From Catillopecten margaritatus gill symbiont (GTDB lineage: Bacteria > Pseudomonadota > Gammaproteobacteria > PS1 > Pseudothioglobaceae), in assembly GCA_037956075.1 (NCBI GenBank), contig CP138327.1:1308296-1372295 (forward strand): a DNA stretch of 64,000 nucleotides. The letters are read 5' to 3'. Shown in pieces: positions 1-7,325 of the stretch; the stretch's first letter is position 1; each line of letters begins with the position of its first letter. The notes below the pieces were generated by a model. The model was not told the DNA's origin, ran no database searches, and saw only the letters and a program-made list of their open reading frames with translations. The position numbers were made by a program, and so were the translations under genes.

Positions 1-202
1 ATGGAGGGCACCAAGTTGCCCAAAAATTAATCACCAAATATTTGCCTTTAACAGTGTCATTATTATGTGTTTTGCCATTTATATCCACAACTGAAAATTC
101 AGGCAAGTGAGCGGTTTTTTTGGCAAAAAGACTGTCCAAAGAAATTGCCTGAACAGCACCTAAAGGTAAAATAAGAGCGAGTATAATAAAGATTTTTTTC
201 AT
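1..202 (-). CDS. thioredoxin-fold redoxin (TlpA/ResA-like), N-terminal part only; continues past the window start
   Basis: Own minus-strand translation from ATG 202-200: MKKIFIILALILPLGAVQA (signal-peptide-like) ... GKYLVINFWGNLCPP, the redoxin active-site context. No stop before position 1. Confidence 0.55.
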   Translation of the reverse strand, partial: MKKIFIILALILPLGAVQAISLDSLFAKKTAHLPEFSVVDINGKTHNNDTVKGKYLVINFWATWCPP

Positions 203-217
203 AGCGAATAATTCCAA

Positions 218-571
218 ATGAGTACAATAATTTATCACAATCCAAGGTGTACAAAATCCCGATTGACTTTAGGTATTTTAGAAGAAAAAGGCGTGGATTT
301 TGAAGTAATTAACTATCTAGACGACACGCCAACAGTTGACGAGCTCAAAGCATTGCTCAAAGATTTAAATATGAACGCAAGAGCATTGATGCGCACCCAC
401 GAAGCCCCTTATAAAGACAATAATTTAGCCGATGAATCCCTTAGCGAAGACGAGTTAATTCAAGCAATGATTGATAATCCAATCTTGATCGAACGCCCGA
501 TTGTCAGAACCGAAAGAGGTGTCGTGATTGGGCGACCCCCTGAAAATGTATTGGCAATTATTAACCCCTAG
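218..571 (+). CDS. arsC: arsenate reductase (glutaredoxin-type ArsC family)
   Basis: 117 aa. IYHNPRCTKSR ... HPILIERPIV aligns by eye along the whole length with E. coli ArsC. The stop codon lies inside the left inverted repeat of a MITE copy. Confidence 0.85.
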   Translation: MSTIIYHNPRCTKSRLTLGILEEKGVDFEVINYLDDTPTVDELKALLKDLNMNARALMRTHEAPYKDNNLADESLSEDELIQAMIDNPILIERPIVRTERGVVIGRPPENVLAIINP

Positions 572-675
572 CCCAAAAATAGAAAATGCAAATCTGACGC
601 TAGTCCTTACCACCACAGCAGAAGGTGAATTGGCTTTAGCCAAGAGAGGCTACCCTGGGGTATTGTAAAAAAATT
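566..675. mobile_element. truncated copy (left ~100 bp) of the 204-bp MITE-like element
   Basis: CCCTAGCCCAAAAATAGAAAATGCAAATCTGACGC...GGCTACCCTGGGGTATT matches the left half of the copies at 5246-5448 and 37505-37708. Similarity ends near 665-675. Confidence 0.6.
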
Positions 676-758
676 AAGAAAATCAAGGGGTCAAAAAACT
701 AAAAAATAATCGGCTCTTTGGGAAAATATAGCTTGGCGATTATTGCCCCGTTGAATGA

Positions 759-1151
759 CATGGTGTGGTTGATTGGGTTGGACTAAACGATGAAAACTTT
801 CAACAGCGCAAAGCTGAATTGATAGACCAAGGTTATGCTTGGAATGGTGATCAGAAAGTTTGGAGTTTGAAATAATGTTGAGAGGCGTTTTTTATAGACT
901 AATCAAACATATTGGGAATGTTGGTTCAACATTGATTGCTATCGTGTTTGAGCAAGTAAAATTGATTCAGTTTATTGTTTTATTAGGGCTAGGCATAATT
1001 TTAACTGTGATGACATCTTTTATTTTATTAAAGGAGGATAATGAGGACTAACTTCTACATAATGGCAGGCATTGTTTTGTCTATTGTTGTATTTTTAGGT
1101 TTCGCTTTAGAATACTTAAGACGCAAAGATAATAAAAATAAGCATGCTTAA
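759..1151 (+). other. chain of three short overlapping ORFs (GTG765-875, ATG875-1051, ATG1041-1151); probable phage/mobile-element remnant
   Basis: Stop/start overlaps (ATAATG, GATAATGA). The second and third ORFs each encode one hydrophobic helix. Upstream reading frames are broken into fragments (decay). Confidence 0.3.
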
Positions 1152-1190
1152 CTAAAGTGACATTTGTTGCTTTTCATCCTTTCTCTGAGA

Positions 1191-1218
1191 TTTCTAAGCC
1201 ACCTGTGTGGTGGTAAAT
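1191..1218 (-). repeat. solitary CRISPR-type repeat (type I-F-like, one substitution)
   Basis: TTTCTAAGCCACCTGTGTGGTGGTAAAT is identical to the array repeat at 1809-1956 except G->A at its 25th base. No repeat lies 60 bp to either side. Confidence 0.8.
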
Positions 1219-1406
1219 TGCTTGCCTTTTAGTAGCTGAAAAGTGTTCTTGTATTTAATAACATCATCAGCCTCCTTGAACTTTGCGTTAGTTTTTGCTA
1301 TACTGTTACCAAGTTGCCGTATGTTTTTATCGGTTGATTGAATAACAGACTTGTAAGAAATACTAACAGAAGCCCCAATGACAACGCCTAGCGCCAGATT
1401 ACTCAC
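1194..1406 (-). pseudogene. possible N-terminal fragment of a phage tail tape-measure-like protein, truncated at the solitary CRISPR repeat
   Basis: 70-aa ORF MSNLALGVVIGASVSISYKSVIQSTDKNIRQLGNSIAK... resembles tape-measure N-termini from memory. Its last 8 codons are the translated CRISPR repeat. Confidence 0.3.
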
Positions 1407-1808
1407 AATACTCTACTTTGCAATGTGCTACGGCATTGCTTTGCAATTCGGTGATGCAATGGCTGTAATACCTCTAGCATTAATTTTGTCATTTGTTCTT
1501 ATTCCTACTTTTTTTGTGATTGCGCCAATTTTTGAAATTCTAAAACGCTTTCTGACCAAATCTCCAAGTCTTCCAAACTAAGCGCCATCAAATCCGAAAG
1601 ACTCCAGCCCATAACACTTGCAACTGACACACATAACAGCCTGATGTGTTTAGGCTTTAGACTAAAAAACTGTGATATTCATCCTGCAATTTACCAAATT
1701 TTTTTTAACCTACGTACTTAATCAAAGCAGGTGGCTGTTTAGCAATAGATGTAAATAAACCCACTTCTTTTGCAGCATTTGAATTGCCATGTCTATCACC
1801 AACTAATT

Positions 1809-1956
1809 TTTCTAAGCCACCTGTGTGGTGGTGAATAAGCCTAAGTCGCGATTTAATGAAACTAGTGCTTTCTAAGCCACCTGTGTGGTGGTGAATTATT
1901 TTTATCACACGCAGCGGATGTGTCCAATTTTCTAAGCCACCTGTGTGGTGGTGAAT
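1809..1956 (-). CRISPR. orphan mini CRISPR array, type I-F-like repeat; 3 repeats and 2 spacers
   Basis: 28-bp repeats at 1809-1836, 1869-1896 and 1929-1956, with an exact 60-bp period. Minus-strand repeat is ATTCA-CCACC-ACACA-GGTGG-CTTAGAAA. This has the same architecture as the I-F consensus GTTCA-CTGCC-GTATA-GGCAG-CTAAGAAA. The 32-nt spacers are aagcctaagtcgcgatttaatgaaactagtgc and tatttttatcacacgcagcggatgtgtccaat. Confidence 0.85.
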
Positions 1957-1988
1957 ATGATTTAGTTGAAACTTTTATATTATTAAAG

Positions 1989-2008
1989 GGTCTTAACGAG
2001 TTAAGACC
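1989..2008 (-). terminator. hairpin downstream of the GST-like gene
   Basis: GGTCTTAA-CGAG-TTAAGACC, followed on the minus strand by CTTTAATAAT (a weak U-run). Confidence 0.4.
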
Positions 2009-2016
2009 TTTTACAA

Positions 2017-2676
2017 TTAATCAATAAGTAAAGTTGAAAGATAGCCTTCACGGTTTTCAATGTTGGATAAATAAACATCGTCCAAACCCTCAACCACAGA
2101 ATTTTTAACTACATCCAAGGCTAAAACTGCATTACTCCATGCTGATATTTCGGGCAAATCTTTTAGCGATATTGCGTTGTCGGTAAATTCGTTAATCCAC
2201 GCAAGACGCATAAAAATAGGGGCGAACGCTGCATCAATCATATTAAATTCATTGCCATTAAAGAATTCCCCTTGGGTTTTTGCTGCACTGACTTTTGCGA
2301 ATTTGTCCATTAATTCGGTTTTTGCTGAGTTGAATTTTTCTTCATCTCCGGTAATAATATTGAACATATTGCCGAGCATATCCGACGAATAAACAATCCA
2401 AGAGCGATTGTTCGCTGCCTTGACAACATCGCTAGGGTGAAAACTTTCCGCACTAATTTCATTGATAAATTCAGTAATCACTAGCGACTCAAAAATTGGC
2501 GTGTCGTCTGCTTTTAACAAAGGCACTTGCCCAGTTGGCGAAATTTCTTTGAACCAATCAGGTGGATCCATCGGGTTGATATAGGTCATTTTGAAATCAA
2601 TATTTTGTTGATTAAGTGAGATAATTGCGCGTTGTGCAAATGGACAAAGTTTAAAACTGATTAATTCTAATTTCAT
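2017..2676 (-). CDS. glutathione S-transferase family protein
   Basis: 219 aa. N-terminal thioredoxin-like GST fold (FKLCPFAQRA ... GQVPLLK ... ESLVITEFI). Confidence 0.75.
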   Translation of the reverse strand: MKLELISFKLCPFAQRAIISLNQQNIDFKMTYINPMDPPDWFKEISPTGQVPLLKADDTPIFESLVITEFINEISAESFHPSDVVKAANNRSWIVYSSDMLGNMFNIITGDEEKFNSAKTELMDKFAKVSAAKTQGEFFNGNEFNMIDAAFAPIFMRLAWINEFTDNAISLKDLPEISAWSNAVLALDVVKNSVVEGLDDVYLSNIENREGYLSTLLID

Positions 2677-2679
2677 AAG

Positions 2680-3147
2680 TTACTCCCGATGATATGGATG
2701 GTTGGTTAATAAAGAATGGGCACGATAAATTTGCTCCACAGCTAATAATCGTGCCATTGAATGAGGTAAGGTGAGGTTGGATAAGCCCCATAATTGCGTT
2801 GCTTTTTGTTTGACATTTTGACTCAAGCCATCAGCACCGCCAATCAACAAGGATACATTATCCCCGTTTTGTTGCCAATTTTTCATCGCTTTGGCAATGT
2901 CTTTGGTGGTATTTTGCTTGCCGTGTTCGTCAAAGGCAATGATGATATTTGAACCTGTGCAAGCTTTCAATAATAATTCGCCTTCTGCTTCTTTGACTTG
3001 TTCAATGTTGGTATTTTTGCGTTTTTGCCCCTCGGGCGTTAGCAAATTAAAATTCATTTCTCGGGGTAATTGCTTCTGATAATGCTCAATCCCCGTCTGA
3101 ATCCAGTCAGGCATTTTCTTCCCAATCGCAATTAGATTGAGTCGCAT
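2680..3147 (-). CDS. rlmH: 23S rRNA (pseudouridine1915-N3)-methyltransferase
   Basis: 155 aa, collinear with E. coli RlmH. LLIGGADGLS ... LTLPH ... TNHPYHRE at the C-terminus. Confidence 0.95.
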   Translation of the reverse strand: MRLNLIAIGKKMPDWIQTGIEHYQKQLPREMNFNLLTPEGQKRKNTNIEQVKEAEGELLLKACTGSNIIIAFDEHGKQNTTKDIAKAMKNWQQNGDNVSLLIGGADGLSQNVKQKATQLWGLSNLTLPHSMARLLAVEQIYRAHSLLTNHPYHRE

Positions 3148-3513
3148 TTATGCGTTATTATCCTTGATTTGCGCCCTGTCAGATTCATCATCCGCACCCG
3201 TCCACAATTTTTCTAATTTGTAAAACTCACGGGTTTTTTCCGTCATCACATGCACCACCACTTCGGCTAAATCAATCAGCATCCAGTGTCCAGTTTCTGC
3301 CCCTTCAATGCCGACGACTTTCATCCCAAGACGCTTCGCCTCGATTTTTACATTGTTGGCAATACCGCGTACATGCTGGGTGGAACGCCCTGTAACGATG
3401 ACAATCGCTTCAATATCCGCACTCTGTTTTAAGACTTTCAAGGTAACGACATTTTCGCCTTTCAGTTCTTCGATAATGTCGGTAACGGCTTTTAATTGTT
3501 GTTCTAAATTCAT
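3148..3513 (-). CDS. rsfS: ribosome silencing factor
   Basis: 121 aa Iojap/RsfS-like (VIVTGRSTQHVRGIA ... WMLIDLAEVVVHVM ... YKLEKLW). Conserved nadD-rsfS-rlmH order. Confidence 0.9.
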   Translation of the reverse strand: MNLEQQLKAVTDIIEELKGENVVTLKVLKQSADIEAIVIVTGRSTQHVRGIANNVKIEAKRLGMKVVGIEGAETGHWMLIDLAEVVVHVMTEKTREFYKLEKLWTGADDESDRAQIKDNNA

Positions 3514-4079
3514 AATGCCCTAATGTAATTAATAAGTGATTCTGGCAGCAACCCAGATAAATCCTGATGACCGCCTATTTTAGCGTGAATTTCAGTAGAT
3601 GAAACACTAACCAATGGCATTTTAGCAAAATACACCCCCTTGTAAGAGGTTGAACCTCTTACATCTCTTACACTTCTTGCAAGGGGTGAGCGAGGTAATA
3701 CTGCCAGCTGTGCATAATTTTTAAATTGTTGGTAGTCTTTCCAGGTATTGAGCGTATCAAAACTATCTGCACCAATAATTAAAAAGATTGTTTCATTTGG
3801 GTAATCTGCTTTAATTTCCTTGAGTGTGTCAATTGTCCAAGAGGCACTTTCTCTATCCATTTCACGGGTATCAATTTGCAATTCATTGAACTCAACAAGT
3901 GCGAGATTTAACATTTCAAGGCGTTGTTGATTTGAAAACTGCAACCCTTTTTTATGCACGGGTGCTTTACAAGGCATCAAAAAAAGTTGATTTAAGCCCA
4001 ATTCTTTTTTAATTGCACGAGCCATTTTTAAATGCCCGTAATGCACAGGGTCAAACGAACCGCCAAAAAAGCCAATCAT
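3510..4079 (-). CDS. nadD: nicotinate-nucleotide adenylyltransferase, carrying an in-frame REP palindrome
   Basis: GGSFDPVHYGHL motif and SSTEI near the C-terminus. The REP at 3641-3663 is translated as VRGSTSY. Confidence 0.9.
   Translation of the reverse strand: MIGFFGGSFDPVHYGHLKMARAIKKELGLNQLFLMPCKAPVHKKGLQFSNQQRLEMLNLALVEFNELQIDTREMDRESASWTIDTLKEIKADYPNETIFLIIGADSFDTLNTWKDYQQFKNYAQLAVLPRSPLARSVRDVRGSTSYKGVYFAKMPLVSVSSTEIHAKIGGHQDLSGLLPESLINYIRAL
3641..3663. repeat. REP palindrome TGTAAGAGGTTGAACCTCTTACA (inside nadD)
   Basis: Same 23-mer as the other REP copies in the window. Nested in a larger inverted repeat CCCCTTGTAAGA...TCTTGCAAGGGG (3636-3686). Confidence 0.9.
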
Positions 4080-4795
4080 AACATTGCTTGAATTTCTATC
4101 TTGGTCAATGCATCCGTTGGATAAGACACCAATCCTTGCGACATACCTTCTACAAATTTGACAAAATCTTCTTCATCATCAATCACCAGCCACGCATTTC
4201 CTGCTTTTTGCTCGCCCATCGTCGTTTCAATTTTGCATCCATAATCATGCCCACAATGTAGCATTGCATTATCATCCACTTGTTTAAGTCTTTGCATTGA
4301 CTGATAAAATTCACGCACATTCGCCCCAGGCAATGAACAATGCCCCGCCCCATATACAAACAGCGTGTCCCCTACAATTAAATGCCCATCCAAAGAATAA
4401 CAAATCCCCCCAGCCGTATGTCCTGGCGTATTAATAATCGTCGCCATAGTATCGCCTAACCGCACCACCTCGCCATCTTCCACAGTTTGCACCTCGTGGG
4501 CAACATTCAACCAAGGCAACTCATTCACCCCCACCGTAATTTTTGCCCCCGTTTTATCCACCAATTCATCCGCCGCATTCGTATGGTCAGGATGCCAATG
4601 CGTCAGCCAAATATCCGTGAGCGTATAACCCTTATCAGTAATGTGTTGAATAAATAAATCGGCTTCCCAAGCAGGGTCAATAATCGCACATTTTTTTGAA
4701 GCGTGGTCAAAGATAAAATGAATAGAATTTTCCAACGCACCTCTATGGTAAAAAATTTCTAAAGTAAAGGTTTGTTCTGTGTAAGTTTTTAGCAT
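4076..4795 (-). CDS. MBL-fold metallo-hydrolase (hydroxyacylglutathione hydrolase-like)
   Basis: 239 aa with the THWHPDH metal-binding motif and later H/D ligands. Confidence 0.75.
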   Translation of the reverse strand: MLKTYTEQTFTLEIFYHRGALENSIHFIFDHASKKCAIIDPAWEADLFIQHITDKGYTLTDIWLTHWHPDHTNAADELVDKTGAKITVGVNELPWLNVAHEVQTVEDGEVVRLGDTMATIINTPGHTAGGICYSLDGHLIVGDTLFVYGAGHCSLPGANVREFYQSMQRLKQVDDNAMLHCGHDYGCKIETTMGEQKAGNAWLVIDDEEDFVKFVEGMSQGLVSYPTDALTKIEIQAML

Positions 4796-4829
4796 AACAA
4801 TATTTTACCCAATTTTTCCTAAAATTAAC

Positions 4830-4857
4830 TTGACTAATTAGACTGACAGACTATAAT
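4830..4857 (+). promoter_or_regulatory. sigma70-type promoter of the tRNA cluster
   Basis: TTGACT (4830-4835), 16-bp spacer, TATAAT (4852-4857). Sits about 30 bp upstream of tRNA-Ala. Confidence 0.6.
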
Positions 4858-4888
4858 TTACCTCTTTTGCTAAGTAACCGCTTTTTCT

Positions 4889-4964
4889 GGGGCTATAGCT
4901 CAGCTGGGAGAGCACGACACTGGCAGTGTCGGGGTCAGCGGTTCGATCCCGCTTAGCTCCACCA
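4889..4964 (+). tRNA. tRNA-Ala (anticodon GGC)
   Basis: Hand-folded cloverleaf: acceptor GGGGCTA/TAGCTCC with the G3:U70 alanine identity pair, anticodon loop CTGGCAG, TTCGATC T-loop, encoded CCA. Confidence 0.9.
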
Positions 4965-4978
4965 TAGCAAAAAATTAT

Positions 4979-5053
4979 GTCGCCTTCGTCTATCGGTTAG
5001 GACCCCAGGTTTTCATCCTGGTAAGAGGAGTTCGATTCTCCTAGGCGATGCCA
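4979..5053 (+). tRNA. tRNA-Glu (anticodon UUC), divergent copy 1
   Basis: GTCGCCT acceptor, anticodon stem CCAGG/CCTGG, loop TTTTCAT, T-arm AGGAG-TTCGATT-CTCCT, encoded CCA. Confidence 0.85.
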
Positions 5054-5060
5054 TATACCA

Positions 5061-5094
5061 AAACGGTTCAATTTTTAATTGAGCCGTTTTTTTT
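5061..5094 (+). terminator. rho-independent terminator
   Basis: ACGGTTCAA-TTTTTAA-TTGAGCCGT followed by T8. Confidence 0.7.
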
Positions 5095-5122
5095 CGCCTC
5101 AAACAAGTGTAAAATGTTGCTT

Positions 5123-5199
5123 GTCCCATTCGTCTAGCTGGCCCAGGACTCTAGGATTTCATCCTAGCAACAGAAGTTCAAATCTTCTATGGGACGCCA
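5123..5199 (+). tRNA. tRNA-Glu (anticodon UUC), canonical-type copy 2
   Basis: GTCCCATTCGTCTAGCTGGCCCAGGAC ... loop ATTTCAT ... ATGGGACGCCA. Close to the E. coli tRNA-Glu layout. Confidence 0.9.
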
Positions 5200-5207
5200 G
5201 ATTAAAG

Positions 5208-5239
5208 CAAAAATACCGACTTTTTAGTCGGTATTTTTG
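5208..5239 (+). terminator. rho-independent terminator
   Basis: AAAAATACCGAC-TTTTTA-GTCGGTATTTTT. Confidence 0.75.
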
Positions 5240-5245
5240 CTTTAT

Positions 5246-5448
5246 TCTGATCCAAAAAATAGAAAATGCAAATCTGATGCCAACCCTTACCACCACAGCA
5301 GAAGGTGAATTGGCTTTAGCCAAGAGAGGCTACCCTGGGGTATTTCAAAAAATTGCCGTGGAACCACTGGGTGGCACTAAGATTTTTTTAAAACACTGTG
5401 ATAGCAAGGCTTAACGCTATATTTACACTTTCTATCTTTGGATTAGGG
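5246..5448. mobile_element. MITE-like element, near full-length copy with a degenerate left inverted repeat
   Basis: Collinear with 37505-37708. The right end TTTCTATCTTTGGATTAGGG is intact. The left end reads TTCTGATCCAAAAAATAGAAA. Confidence 0.7.
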
Positions 5449-5541
5449 TTATCATTCTGATTAATTATAGTGTATAATAATTTTTAACCACCAAATAAGG
5501 GTTACTTTTTAAATGAGTAAGCAAAAAAAATCTTAGACGTA

Positions 5542-5745
5542 ATGAAAAGTAACCCTAAGAATATTGACTTTAAGGCATTAAAAAAGTTACTTGAAAAATC
5601 TGGTTATAAATGCATCAATACAGGCGGTAATCATTTTGTGTTTCGTAAACAAGGTTGTTCAGCTATTACCATCCCATTTAAGAGGCTCATTAAAATAATT
5701 TACATCAAAAGAGTGTTAGAAATTTTGGAGAAAAATAATGATTAA
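5542..5745 (+). CDS. hicA: HicA-family toxin (YcfA-like); the N-terminus may be displaced by an A8-tract frameshift
   Basis: 67 aa. LKKLLEKSGYKCINTGGNHFVFRK fits the HicA core. It overlaps the downstream hicB-like gene by 8 nt. Confidence 0.6.
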   Translation: MKSNPKNIDFKALKKLLEKSGYKCINTGGNHFVFRKQGCSAITIPFKRLIKIIYIKRVLEILEKNND

Positions 5746-6121
5746 AAATAAAGACTATTACTTAGCAATCGACTATGACATCATCGTTTCAGCCGTAAAT
5801 GAAGATGACGGTGGTGGCTATTTGGCTTATTACAAAAATATTGATGGTGTGATGGGTGATGGGAAAACAGAGTCCGAAGCAGTGGCAGATGTTAAAAATG
5901 CCTTTGGTTGTTATTTAGATGTTTCGTTAGAAAATAAAGATGCTATTCCAGAGCCCGAAAATTTAAGTAAATCTAAGAAAATTAATATTTCAATGACCGC
6001 CAGTAAAATTAAAAATTTAGACATTTACGCCAAGCGACTTAATACTACAAGAAGTGGGTTGTTATCAATGCTGAGTGATAAATTGTTGAATGGCGATATT
6101 AAGTTAAATCCAAAAATTTAG
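5738..6121 (+). CDS. hicB: HicB-family antitoxin
   Basis: 127 aa. YLAYYKNIDGVMGDGKTESEAVADVKNAF matches the HicB N-domain pattern. The C-terminal SMTASKIKNLDIYAKRLNTTRSGLL looks RHH-like. Confidence 0.65.
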   Translation: MIKNKDYYLAIDYDIIVSAVNEDDGGGYLAYYKNIDGVMGDGKTESEAVADVKNAFGCYLDVSLENKDAIPEPENLSKSKKINISMTASKIKNLDIYAKRLNTTRSGLLSMLSDKLLNGDIKLNPKI

Positions 6122-6324
6122 CAGGAGACCATTGCCATATCAAACAGCCAAAAAAAATGGCCCTGACCGAAAGCCAAGACCAAAGAGACTCTGTGAAGGA
6201 GTCATAAACCCAGAAGCAACCACACCTCCAAGTTCAGAGGTTCCTCGTAAAGTCAAGGAACAGGATGAATTTTACGCTTTTTATCGGTTAAAATGACGGT
6301 AGTTTTTTATTCAAAAATATCGCT

Positions 6325-7275
6325 ATGAGTCATCTTAATATTATTATTCCAGACCGTTTGATTGGACAACGCATTGACAGTGCGTTGGCGATTATGTTGC
6401 CAGATTATTCGCGTTCAAAAATTACGGCGTGGATCAAGGCGGGGAATGCGTTTATTCGGGATAAAACTTTCAAGCCTAAGGATAAAGTATTGGGTGGTGA
6501 GATTGTTGCTTTGGAGATTAAGAAAGAGAAATCGAATGACTGGTTGGGGGAGGAGATTCCGCTGGATGTGGTGTATGCAGACGAGGATATTATTGTGGTC
6601 AATAAGCCAGTTGGACTGGTAACGCACCCAGGGGCAGGGAACTGGACGGGGACGCTGGCGAATGCGTTGTTGCACTTTGACCCGTCACTTGCTCAGTTGG
6701 ATAGGGCGGGGATTGTGCATCGCTTGGATAAAAATACTTCGGGGTTGATGGTGGTGGCACGCAGTGAATTGGCACAGAAAAAATTGGTGGAAAATTTTCA
6801 AGAACACAGTATTGATAGGGAGTATTCGGCAATTGTTTACGGACATATGATTTCGGGTGGCACGGTGGAAGCACCGATTGGACGCGACCCTAAGGACCGA
6901 ATTAAGCAGGCAGTGGTTGAGGAAGGCGAGGGTAAAGAGGCGATTACGCATTATCGGGTGATTGATAGATTTGCCAATCACACACACATTAAAGCAATTT
7001 TGGAGACGGGACGCACACATCAGATTCGAGTACATCTATCGCATATTGGACATCCACTGTTGGCTGACCCGATGTATGGGGGCAAAATTCGTTTTCCAAA
7101 AAAAGCCGATGAGGTGTTGAAAGATGCATTGAAAGACTTTAAGCGACAAGCGTTGCATTCTAAAAAACTGACACTAACACATCCAATTACTGAAGAAATA
7201 ATGTCGTGGAAAGCACCCTTGCCGCAAGACATGCAAACCCTTATTAAAACACTACAGAAGCACGACCCTGTGTAA
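6325..7275 (+). CDS. rluD: 23S rRNA pseudouridine synthase D
   Basis: 316 aa. S4 domain followed by HRLDKNTSGLMVVA and the RTHQIRVH motif. The stop codon TAA lies inside the REP at 7271-7293. Confidence 0.9.
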   Translation: MSHLNIIIPDRLIGQRIDSALAIMLPDYSRSKITAWIKAGNAFIRDKTFKPKDKVLGGEIVALEIKKEKSNDWLGEEIPLDVVYADEDIIVVNKPVGLVTHPGAGNWTGTLANALLHFDPSLAQLDRAGIVHRLDKNTSGLMVVARSELAQKKLVENFQEHSIDREYSAIVYGHMISGGTVEAPIGRDPKDRIKQAVVEEGEGKEAITHYRVIDRFANHTHIKAILETGRTHQIRVHLSHIGHPLLADPMYGGKIRFPKKADEVLKDALKDFKRQALHSKKLTLTHPITEEIMSWKAPLPQDMQTLIKTLQKHDPV

Positions 7276-7293
7276 GAGGTTCAACCTCTTACA
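7271..7293. repeat. REP palindrome TGTAAGAGGTTCAACCTCTTACA
   Basis: Exact 23-mer. Left flank of the RAYT gene. Confidence 0.9.
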
Positions 7294-7325
7294 TCTCCCC
7301 CTGTTTTTTTGTTAAAATAATTTTT

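Noticed and set aside
1705-1908. 67-aa minus-strand ORF with repeated IHHHTGGLE
   Set aside because: The repeated peptide is the translated CRISPR repeat, so this is not a gene.
5079-5414. 111-aa ORF covering tRNA-Glu copy 2, its terminator and the MITE
   Set aside because: It overlaps a well-folding tRNA and a repeat element, so it is a spurious open frame.
5244-5460. ATTCTGA present on both sides of MITE copy B, considered as a possible target-site duplication
   Set aside because: The two ATTCTGA copies are not positioned symmetrically relative to the element ends. The left one overlaps the degenerate inverted repeat, and the right one is 5 bp away. Only the TAGAA duplication of copy C is convincing.
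6122-6324. 66-codon open frame (…PLPYQTAKKNGPDRKPRPKRLCEGVINPEATTPPSSEVPRKVKEQDEFYAFYRLK) between hicB and rluD, considered as a possible transposase or other gene remnant
   Set aside because: There is no ATG/GTG start and no motif I can recognise. It could be a gene fragment, but I cannot support a call without a database search.
6362-7232. Multiple alternative-frame and antisense ORFs inside rluD
   Set aside because: They lie entirely within a confidently identified gene, and their compositionally odd products (R/W/L-rich) are typical of off-frame translation.
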